The translations under genes and the position numbers were made by a program. Of a stretch of DNA of 64,000 nt, positions 26,735 to 38,700 are shown piece after piece. The notes beneath the pieces are model-generated. The model was given only the letters and a program-made list of their open reading frames with translations, had not been told where the DNA came from and ran no database searches. This DNA comes from Paraspadella gotoi (lineage: Eukaryota; Animalia; Chaetognatha). The stretch is from the NCBI GenBank assembly GCA_051294375.1, contig CM119265.1:3332686-3396685 (forward strand), given 5' to 3'. Position 1 is the stretch's first letter, and every line of letters begins with the position of its first letter.

Positions 26735-29700
26735 ATGGCGCCAACGATTGAAGGAGCGTTGGATGTTAGACCTGAAAAGTAAGAAGCCGTCGAAACAGTG
26801 GAACCCTCCCTAATAAAACGTAGTTAAAATTCTCAATTTAACGCTCTATATTAAGGCGGGTCAAAATTGAACACTTTTTATAACTTTTAATTCTCTCAAA
26901 AAATTCCTTTTTTCCTTCTATTACTAAATTCGATTTCAATGTAACTTTTTGAATTAGTTCATTGGGTTGTTGCACTGAAGCTTTTAAATATTATTAATAT
27001 ATAACAAATGACAAAAATTTTTTTAAAAAAAATTCGTTTTTAAGAACGGATCCTATAGAGCTTAAAAAGTTAAATGAAAGTTAGTACTACAATTTTTAAA
27101 AATTTTGACAAGAAATTGGTTAAAACAGAAAAAACGTTAAAAAATCATCATCATCATCATCATTGGCTGAATTTTATAGTTTTTTAAAATTTTTATCAAT
27201 AAAACAAAAAAATTTTAAAATTTTGTATTAATAACCTTCATCTAACTTTTAAAGCTCTATCAGAATCCATTAAAAAAATTGAAAAATTCAAAAAAAATTT
27301 TTTAACTTTATATAGTAATAAAATAATCTTTAAATGCTTCCGTGCGCTTATTAATAGATAATTTTTTTAAATTATTTTTATTTTCATATTCTCTAACAGT
27401 CACTTTATCATTATTTATTTGAGAGAACTTCTAGTTTTTAAACCTGTTCGGCCTACTCTTTATCCGACCTCCCCCTTGGGTCCCCCCCCATCTCAACCTG
27501 TCTGTGGGTCCCGCCTACCTGAATCATCCTACCCAATGTACCCAATGTACTCATTTCCTCACCCACGAATCATATCAACTTCTTTAATTCCGCCCCCCCC
27601 CCCCAACCCTCATTCACGCCACCCCCCCAAAGATGCCTGCCAGAACTCCGAACTGCCATCCGTCCGGACAGTACGCCCGTACGATCAAAGCCGTCCGTTT
27701 TCCGGACGATCCGGCGACTACGGGATTCCGGTGCCGAAACTTACCTGCAACGAGATCGACCGAGAGAAGTTCGCCCGGCGGCTCCCTTCGGCGGATGTCA
27801 GCCGGAATCCGGTTGTCCGGAAATTCTGACCGACGCCTCGGCCAAGGAGTTCAAGGATCCGGCCCTCGCTCTCAGGATACCATGGTTGAAAAAAAAAACC
27901 CAAAATCAAAACATTTTTTAGTTGCGCCGCGAGTACTTCGCGGAGCAACTCTATTAGTCACTTTTTGGTCGGTCCGTCGGTCTGTCGATCCGTCGGTCTG
28001 TCCCACTAACATTAAAAATGCTCATAACTTGCATATAGTTGGTTGCTCGATGCTCATTTGTTAAGAGGAAAAGTTTTCAAATTTAGCGCCGCCTTCAGGA
28101 ATTCCTAAAACTATAAAAAACAAAAGACGGAATTCCGATACAGTGCTGTCATAAATATTTTGGTTAAGAAAGTTATTGTAGTCTTTTCATGTCACGTCAT
28201 GTCATTTCGTGTCATAACGTATCATGTCATGTCATGTCATGTCACAAAAATTATACAGGATAAGGCAGTCACTGCGCTCAACACATTTGCATTACATTAT
28301 TGTTTTAATATAATTTTATCTTAAAGTTTTTTAATTTATTGATTTATTTATTTACTGATTTATTTACTTTTTCATTTATTGTTAATACATTTATTATTTT
28401 ATTTAATCGTATACAACGTTTAAGATTTTCTCCCTTTTTAAATTTTTTTTTTCAAACCACTGTCAATTTTCATTACTGTTTGTTCGACTATGATGGTCTG
28501 TCTGTCCGTCTGATTTTCTGCCTGTCTGATTGTCCGGTTTACTGCCATTTTATGTTTTTACTTCAATTTATTCTAAAAACAAAAGGTCCGTACGGATTTC
28601 GCGAACAAAAGAGCAGACACTAATTCCGCCAGCGTTGATAAAAAAGTTGAGCAGAGACTTTGGGACATCGAGTATTGGTAAGGAAGATTATTAAAGATTA
28701 AAGATTATCAAATAATATACAGTACATTGATAATTGGTACAACCAATATAAAATATCCATGTCATTTAATAAATAAGCTATCTTGCCCTGACTTTGGACA
28801 GGCTTTGGTGGTTTAAGGCCTCCACACTCTTACAAGATAATGACATAGCAGGTCCCTGCAGCTTTCAATCAAGGACTCTCTCATAGTCTCGTTTATTCAC
28901 TCCAGAGTACCTGCTTCCTATCAATGAAGTGGAAAATATTTCAAAAGAATGTTTCAAAATTGTATGAAAAGACCACTCCCTGAAGTATTAGATCGGGAAT
29001 ACTTATTGTACTCCGCACTAGCATCAAAATACAAGGAGCTGAATTTTATGAAATTGGTACAACCAATATAAAATTATCCATTCATAATAATAAGCTATCT
29101 TGCCCCTGACTTTGGACAGGCTTTGGGGGTTTAAGGCCTCCATCACTCTTACAAGATAATGCATAGCAGGTCCCTGCAAGCTTTCAATCAAGACTCTCTC
29201 ATAGTCTCGTTATTCACTCCAGAGTATCTGGCTTCCTATCAATGAAGTGGAAAATAATTTCAAAGAAGTTTCCAATTGTATGAAAAGACCACTCCCTTAA
29301 GTATTAGATCTGGGAATACTTATTGTACTCCCACTAGCAATCAAAATACAAGGAGCTGAATTTTATGAAATTGGTACAACCAATATAAATTATCCATTCA
29401 TTTAATAAATAGCTATCTTGCCCCTGACTTTGGACAGGCTTTTGGTGGTTTAAGGCCTCCATCACTCTTACAAGATAATGACATAGCAGGTCCCTGCAAG
29501 CTTTCATCAAGACTCTCTCATAGTCTCGTTTATTCACTCCCAGAAGTACCTGGCTTCCCTATCAATGAAGTGGAAAATATTTCAAAGAATGTTTCAATGT
29601 GTATGAAAGACCACTCCCTTAATATTAGGACAGTATGAAGTGACCATGTGAAGATTATAAGATTATTATTAAAGATTAAAGATTATTAATAATTTACAGA

Positions 29701-32700
29701 AACTATTGAATATTCGGACTGTATGAAGCGAACCATGTTGAAGTTATAGTAATTGCGTTTGGCTGTATGTTGTTGTTGTCGTTTTCTTTGTTGTTATTGT
29801 CGATGTTAGTCGTACTAATCGCTGTTTACTGGCAGGTACGAAGAATTGGAAAGAGAGACGTTAGAAATGGACAAGGAGGTCAATAGACTTTACAAGGTAA
29901 ACGAAAACAAATATTTAAAAATATTTTATTTTTATTTTCTTCTTTTTCTTTGCTATTTATTCATTTTCCGATTTTTTCTTAATCCTTTTCACGTAATTTG
30001 CTTCTCTCTTTTTTTTTGCTTTATTTGCTTTTTTTTTAATTACTACACCAATATAAATATCCCTTTTTTACTTATCCAAATCCTTCCACTTCAAACTTTT
30101 CATTCAACCCTTTTTGCTCCTTGTCACAATATTCTTTTTTCACTAAAACCTTATCAAGTCTTTCACTCTCATCTTTCACCCCACGCCCCCCTCCTTCGGC
30201 AGTCCAAACGCCATCTGGCCAAGAGCCTCCGCGAGACGGACATCCCACTGGAGATGGCGCTCAAGTGTATCGAGTGGCGGGACAGGAGGAGCGGAACCGA
30301 CTGCGTCCTGGATGACATACAGAAGGAACTGTACAAGGAGGTGGAGATGATCCGGTGCCAACAGGAGCGGATGAGGGAGACGCTGGAGCGGGCCGAAGGG
30401 TGAAATGAAAATGAGCTTATCAATCTCGTTTACATATTGTCGTAATTTTATTAACGATTAAGAAAATTGTATTACATTGTCTCTAACTTTTACAGTAAGA
30501 TTTAAACTTAAAAAAATCGTGTTTTTACATAATATATATAAATATATTCTTTTTTATATTCATATTATTTGTAATAATAAGTAAGTAATGGGCAAGATTT
30601 TTTAAATAGGAATCTTTTACTTCAAGACCGCATTTCAAAGTTCATTATATTTTTTATAAAAACTGACAAGAACCGCTAAAAAACTATATATATCTTACTT
30701 TAATTTAGATATAATTACCAAATTGTAATTTCTAATATTGTACCCTTCTGCTCAATCTACTCCAGGTATTGCAAGCACACCCAAGCGGCCATTGAGAAGG
30801 ATAAGATGAACAAATTCAAGACGAAGCAGATCGAATACATGTGCGCCACAATCAGAGCCTCATCCGGAGGACTCAAGTTTTATCCGGGGATCGAGAAGGA
30901 GGATCCCACGTGAGATATATGGGGGGGGGGCGCGGTCTGGCCAAATCTCGCTAGACTGGCCTCCCAATCCTCCATCACATCATACTCTCCCACTCCAAGA
31001 CTTTAGGCCATATCTTCTTAATTAAACTCCACCCAGGCCTCCACGCAGACTCCCTACCCCAAGACTTATGACCAGATCCCACTTTAAAATCACCTACCCA
31101 ATACTTGGGACTACATCTGACTAATCTACCTTCTGACCTCTTAACTCATCCTCCATTTAAAATCTCCTATCCTGAGACTTTTAGGCCACATCTGACAAAC
31201 CTCTACCATGGCCTCATCCCCCACTTAAAAATCTCCTATCCTGAGACTTTAGGCCACATCTGACAAAACTCTACCATGGCCTCTTAATCCGCCCCCAATT
31301 CAGAATCTTCCTATCTTGAGACTTAGGCCACATTTGACAAAACTCTACCATGGCCTCTTAATCCGCCCCCAATTCAGAATCTCCTATCCTGAGACTTTAG
31401 GCCACATCTGACAAACCTCTACCATGGCCTCTTAATCCGTCCCCAATTCAGAATCTCCTATCCTGAGACTTGGGGCCAAATCTCCAAAGAGTCGATCCTC
31501 CTTTCTCAAGCTGAGAGACTTCGATCTTCTAACTTAAGAAGTGAGATCGAAAATCTGGTGAATAACGCGAAGAACGGGATCTTCCGTCAGTGGGTTGTGG
31601 TCAACGAGCTGTTGAAGGTGGGTTGTGGGTCGTCTTGTGGTTCATCCTGTGGGTTGTGGGTGATCTTGTGGGAGGGCATGGGGGTGTGGGTGATTTGGAA
31701 AGTGAAAGCTTTTTCGAGAAGAAGAAATTTGCAAAAAAAAAAAAAAAAATAAAGAAAAGAAAAATTGTTTTTATTATATTCACCAAATTTTATGCAATGA
31801 CTCTATGGTACAACGATACAATGACTTAATGTTATAACGAATAATTGTTAAAAATTTGGAATGTAAGTATTATCAGTATCAACAAAAATCAGTAAAATTA
31901 AGGTTAATCACACGAACGTTGAAAATATTACGCAAATTCAAAGTTATTGATATATTGATCTAAAAAAAGAAAGAACAAACAAAAATAATTTGTTGGTTAC
32001 AGTTTTGAACTAATGTTTAGCACTAATTTTTAGGACTAATGTTTAGAACTAATGTTTAGAACTAATGTTTAGGACTAATTTATTGAAATAATGTTTAGAA
32101 CTAATGTTTAGAACTAATGTTTAGAACTAATGTTTAGGACTAATGTTTAGAACTAATGTTTAGGACTAATGTTTAGCACTAATGTTTAGGACTAATGTTT
32201 AGGACTAATTTTTTGAAATAATATTTAGGAACAATGTTTAGAACTAATGTTTAGAACTAATGTTTAGGACTAATGTTTAGAACTAATTTTTATGACTAAT
32301 ATTTAGAACTAATGTTTAGAACTAATATTTAGAACTAATGTTTAGGACTAATGTTTATAACTAATGTTTAGAACTAATGTTTATGACAAATGTTAAGAAC
32401 TAATGTTTAGGACTAATNNNNNNNNNNNNNNNNNNNNNNNNNNNNNNNNNNNNNNNNNNNNNNNNNNNNNNNNNNNNNNNNNNNNNNNNNNNNNNNNNNN
32501 NNNNNNNNNNNNNNNNNATGGCAACGGGGAGACGTGAGTGAGTCCCGGGGAGTGAGCCATCTCCTTGACAGCTGGCTTATGACCTTCAGTGACCACCCCC
32601 ATGTCACTGAAGTGTTTATGCCAGCGTGACCGTGAGGGGATTGAACCCGGAACTCACGGTTGGTGAATTAGTACAAAGCTTTCTGCCTGTGCGACCTTGA

Positions 32701-35700
32701 AAAATATGTATTTAATATAATATATTAAATATAATATATTAAATATATTAAATCTATTAAATATAATATATTAAATATAATATATTAAATATATTAAATC
32801 TATTAAATATAATATATTAAATATAATATATTAAATATATATCATAGTTTTCTACGAGGCGAAATGGCGCCACGCTTCAGTAGGCGTGTCAAGGTCTCGT
32901 AAAATGTACCGGAGGCGAACGATTAATTTACAATGAAAAAAATGGCATCGAATAAAATTGCGGTCACAAGTTCTTTTCTTCGTCTCTAATTTTGTTGCTT
33001 CTGGTGTTTTATCTCGTTGCCGGGGATAAGCAATACATAAAAAAAACAACAAACAAACTAACAATAACGAAATNNNNNNNNNNNNNNNNNNNNNNNNNTG
33101 GTGAATACCCTGGCACCGACAGGATAAAAAAGGCAAGTGACAGGAATCAGAAAATATGTCTCTTACATTAACTAAAAGCGTCTGCTTCATAATATAAAGT
33201 CATCTTGATAAATAGTGACAGAGGCGGCCGCCAATGGAGACTAATATAACAAAAGATCATTGATCATAAAACTCGCAATATCATTATTCCGGCTTTTGAA
33301 TGCTTATTGATAATAGTGCCAAGTGGCGAAATAGGTAAAGGCGGTGGATCGTGATTCGTTAGGTACATGATCGAATCCCGATGGAGACATATTATTTTGG
33401 TGCCAGGGGCAAAGACTTACAAACATTTGTCCTAAACATTAGTTCAAAACATTAGTCCCTAAAACATTAGTCCTAAACATTAGTTCTAAACATTTGTCCT
33501 AAACATTAGTCCTAAACATTAGTTCTAACATTTGTCCTAAACATTAGTCCTAAACATTAGTCCTAACATTAGTTCTAAACATTTTTCTAAACATTATGTT
33601 CAAAAAATTAGTCCTAAACATTAGTCCTAAACATTAGGTGCTAAACATTTAGTCTAAACATTAGTTCAAAACATTAGTCCTAAAAACATTTAGTCTAAAC
33701 ATTAGTTCTAAACATTTGTCCTAAACATTAGCTTCAAAACATTAGTCCTAAACATTAGTCCTAAACATTAGTCCTAAACATTAGTTCTAAACATTTGCCT
33801 AAACATTAGTTCTAAACATTAGTCCTAAACATTAGTTCTAAACATTAGTCCTAAACATTAGTTCTAACATTTTGTTCCTAAACATGTGTCCTAAACATTA
33901 AGTCCTAAACATTAGTTCTTAACATTTGTCATAAACACATTAGTCTACAAACATTAGTTAATAACATTAGTTTTAAAACATTAGAAAATTTCTAAATCAT
34001 TAGTCATTAGAATTAGTTCTAAACATTAGGTCCTAAACATTAGTTCTAAACATAGTTCAAACATTGTTCATAAAATATTATTTCAAAAGAATTAGTCACT
34101 AACATTAGTCTCTAAACATTAGTGCAAACATTAGTCCTAAACATTAGTTCTAACATTAGGTCCTAAACAATTAGTTCTTAAACATTAGTTCTAGAACATT
34201 AAGTTCTAAAACATTATTTCAATAAATTAGTCCTAAACATTAGTTCTAAACCGATTAGTGTCTAAACATTATCCTAAAAATTAGGTGCCTAAACATTAGT
34301 TCAAAGAACTGTAACCAACAAATTATTTTTGTTTGTTTCTTTCTTTTTTTAGATCAATATATCAATAACTTTGAAATTTGCGTAAATATTTCAACCGTTC
34401 GTGGGTGATTTAACCTTAATTTTACTGATTTTTGTTGATACATGATCAAATACTTACATTCCAAATTTTTAACAATTATTCGTTAAACATTTAAGTATTG
34501 TATCGTGTGTACACCATAGAGTCATTGCATAAAATTTGGTGAATCTATAATAAAAACAATTTTCTTTCTTTTTAGGTTTTTTTTTTTTTTTTTTTTGCAA
34601 AATTTCTTCTTTCTCGAAAAAAAGCCTTTCACTTTCCAAATCACCACACCCCCATAGCCCTCGCTCACATAGGATCACGCGCACAACCCCACAGGATGAA
34701 CCACAAGACGACCCAAACCCACCTTCAACAGCTCGGTTGACACAACCCCTGACGGAAGATTGCCCGTTCTTCGCGTTATTCACTCAGATTTTCGATCTCA
34801 CTTTCTTAAGTTAGAAGATCGAAGTCTCTCAGCTTGCAGAAAGGAGGATCGACTCTGTTGGAGATTTGGCCCAAGCTCTCAGGATAGGAGATTCTGAAAT
34901 TGGGGGACGGATTACAGAGGCCATGGGTAGAGTTTGTCAGATTGGCCTAAAGTCTCAAGGATAGGAGATTCTGAATTGGGGGCGGATAGAGGCCATGGTA
35001 GTAAGTTTTGTCAAATGTGGCTAAAGTCCTGCAAGATAGGAGATTCTGAATTGGGGGCGGAATTAAGAAGGCCATGGTAAGGGTTTGTCAGATTGTGGCC
35101 TAAAGTCTCAAGGATAGAGATTTTTAAGTGGGGCGGATTAAAGAGGCCATGGTAGGAGGGATTTGTCAGAATGTGGCCCTAAAAGTCTCAGGATATAGGC
35201 AGATTGTTAAATTGGAGGAGAGTTAAGAAGGTCAGAAGGTGAGATTAGTCAGATGATAGTTCCCAAGTATTTGGGTAGGTTGATTTTAAAGTGGGAATCT
35301 TGGTCATAAAAGTCTTGGTGTAGGGAGTCTGCGTGGAGGCCTGGTGGAGTTTAATTAAGAAGACGATATGGCCTAAATGTCTTGGAAGTGGGAGAGTATG
35401 ATGTGATGGAGGATTGGGAGGCCCAGTCTAGCGAGATTTGGCCAGACCGCGCCCCCCCCCATATATGCTCAGCGTGGGATCCTCCTTCTCGATCCCCGGA
35501 TAAAACTTGGAGTCTACCGGATGAGGCTCTGATTGTGGGGCGCACCATGATTTCGATCTTGCTTCGGTCTTGAATTTGTTCTGCTATCCTTCTCAATAGG
35601 CCGCTTTGGGTGTGCTTGCAATAACCTGGAAGTAGATTGAAGGGCAGTAAGGGCTACAATATTAAGAAATTGACAAGTTTGGTAATTATATCTAAATTAA

Positions 35701-38700
35701 AGTAAAGATATATATAGTTTTTTAGCGGTTCTCCTGTCAGTTTTTATAAAAAATATAATGAACTTTGTGAAATGCGGTCTTGAAGTAAAAGAATTCCTAT
35801 TTAAAAAAAATCTATGCCCATTACTTTACCTTATTATTACAAATAATATTGAATATAAAAAAGAATATATTTATTATAATATTATGTAAAAACACGAATT
35901 TTTTTTAAAGTTTAAATCTTACTGTAAAAGTTAGAGACAATGTAATACAATTTTCTTAATCGTTAATAAAATTACGGACATATATGTAAACGAGATTGAT
36001 TAAGCTCATTTTACATTTCACCCCTTCGGCCCGCCTCCAGCGTCTTCCCTCATCCGCTGCCTGTTGGCACGCGATCATCTACCACCTCCTTGTACATTTC
36101 CTTCTTGTATGTTCATCCAGGGACGCAAGTCGGTTCCGCCCTCCTGGTCCCGCCACTCGATACACTTGAGCGCCATCTCTCAGTGGGATGTCCGCTCGCG
36201 GAGGCTCTTGGCCAGAGTGGCGTGTTGGACTGCCGAAGGAGGGGGGCCGTTGGGGTGAGATAGAGTGCAAGGACTGATAAGGTGTATCCCCTTTTCTACA
36301 ACTGGTGAGCCCGACTTAAAGAACTTTTAAAACCAACCTCTGATAAACCTCTATAACAACCTGCTGCTACTTATTGCCTTAGAAACTTTATCCTTCAAAC
36401 AATAGTCTATTTTCTGTGCTCAAACTACACTAAAGAAGCAACTAAACATCAATCTGCAAATCCAACGGTACCATTTCAACAGGAGGGGACAACGTTAAAC
36501 GGATCAAAGCTTTTTCTCAGGTAGGCAAGTCGAGAAAGAGATTAAGCTGCTTATCCTTGCCTATCGCTCATCCTCTGCTTCCCCCGTGATTCCCCCAACC
36601 CCCAACATCTCGTCAACGCCGACGGATGAGTGGACCCGCCGGAAGCACTCGCGCTCGCTTGGCGCAACTCAGCGACTCCGGAGAAGCCTCTCCACGCCGA
36701 CTTGATCAAACCGGCCATCTTGCGCCAATCCAAGGATTCGGTTTTGGACGCGGCCGCCGATCTCCGAACGTCAACGCCTCTCAATCAAATTTTCCTTTCC
36801 CCGCCACTCCTCCCAACGCCGACCCAACGGCGATGGCAAATGCTCCGGATCCGCAGGCGGAATTGGTCCGCACCCTCGCCGCCACTCTCGCGGCGTCGCT
36901 CCAAGGCCTCGCCATCAGGAAACCAAAGCTGCCGGACTTCGACGCCGATAATGTCGACCTTTGGATCCAAAGGGTGGAAGCCGCCTACACTCGCGCCGGC
37001 ACGACGTCAGCAAAGGAAAAATTTGCCCACCTCGAGGACAAATTCTCGGTGGATTATAACCCACGCATCAACGCCTTTCTCTTTGGCGCCGCGACCGACA
37101 CGCGTTGGATCGAGTTTCTCGATTATCTTCGGTCAGAGTATGGCCGAACCCGCTCTCAACAAGCCGCTTCTCTTATCGATGGCACCCGTCGGGAAGGGCG
37201 CCGCCCATCGCAGCTGCTCGCCGTGATGAAGGAGAAGGCAGGAAAGGTCAGTGTGGATGATATACTTAAAGAGCTCCTCCTCAGGGAGCTGCCGCCCGAA
37301 GTGCAGCGCAGCCTCGCCGAGCGCGTAGAGACGGTTGACGCCGAAACAGCCGCGCGTTTCGCCGATGCCTATTTTGATCGGGAAGGAAAAATGCTTCACC
37401 CCGCCGCTCCCAACCCGATCTATACCGTCCAACCACCCATCCCTCCTCTAATGCAAGACGAGACGCCGCAAATCGATGACGTCAACGCCGTCAATCAACA
37501 GCGCAGCAGCCAACCCAATAGACGTTTCCAGAGCAACTCTCGACGCCCGGTGAATGCCGAAAGAGCACCGACCTCGCAGCCTCAGCAGCAGAAAACAACT
37601 CGCGTCGAGATCTGCTTCTATCATCGAAAATACGGAGACTCCGCTAAGAAGTGTGAGCCTGGATGCTACCGTCAACTCTCGGAAAACGGGAAGGCCGGCG
37701 GGAGGAGGTGAATGCCATCCCGACCGGCCACATTGATTCCAAAGATTCACTTCTCTTTGTACACGACGCCGACAATCGACTCAATTGGCTCGTCGATGGC
37801 GGTGCTACCGTCTCTATTATTCCTCCAACAAAAGATGAGCGGGAAAAAGGAGAGACGTCAACAAAATTGAAGGCCGCCAATGGCTCTCATATTGCATGTT
37901 TCGGCTACAAAGACGTACAGGTCCGTCTCGGTAGCCGACGTTTCCATTTTACCATGACCATAGCCGATGTCACTCAGCCAATACTCGGATCAGATTTTCT
38001 GGCTGAACATTATTTGGCTCCAAACCATCGCGACGGTTTTTTATTCGACCTACAAGACTTCAGCACCATAATCGCCTCCAAGGCAAACAAAAAACATTCA
38101 ATCAGAATAAACTTCGTTCATCAGGCTGATGACCCTTATTATAAACTCATGGATACTTACCATGATTTATGTACGCCTTCATTTCAACCTACCGAACCCA
38201 AACACGGCGTTAGACACTATATCCCCACTACCGGCCGACCAGTGCAGTCACGGGCACGCCGACTCGCCCCAGATAAGCTCGAGGTCGCCAAAAAAGAACT
38301 CGACAAGCTGTGTGAGCTTGGAATCGCCCGTCGAGCCAAGAGTGAATGGGCATCTCCACTCTTAGTTGTCAACAAGCCTGACGGAGGCTATAGAGTGTGC
38401 GGGGATTTTCGACGCCTCAACAATGCCACCTTGGATGACAAATATCCCGTGAAGACGTTAAACGACTTCAACGCCAACCTCAGCGGCAAAAAAGTCTTCA
38501 GCAAAATCGATTTGCTGAAGGGGTATCATCAAATACCCGTCGCTGAGCAAGACGTCGCCAAAACCGGCGTCATCACGCCGTTCGGTTTGTACGTTTTTCC
38601 GAGGACCCCGTTCGGATTAAAGAACGCGGGTCAGGACTTCCAGCGCCTCATGGATGAGATCTTGGATGGCCTTCCATTTGTATTCGTCTACATCGACGAT

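Noticed and set aside
29476-29516. Twister-ribozyme-like string in the ~320 bp unit (taatga...gcaggtccctgcaagcttt..tca)
   Set aside because: The L4-like loop has 3 extra nt, P4 is weak, and the GAGGG needed for the T1 pseudoknot is absent. The nearby ctgaattttatgaaa also lacks the CUGANGA hammerhead core.
32000-34305. 13-bp and 74-bp arrays as CRISPR-like repeats
   Set aside because: No unique spacers, eukaryotic intron context, no cas genes.
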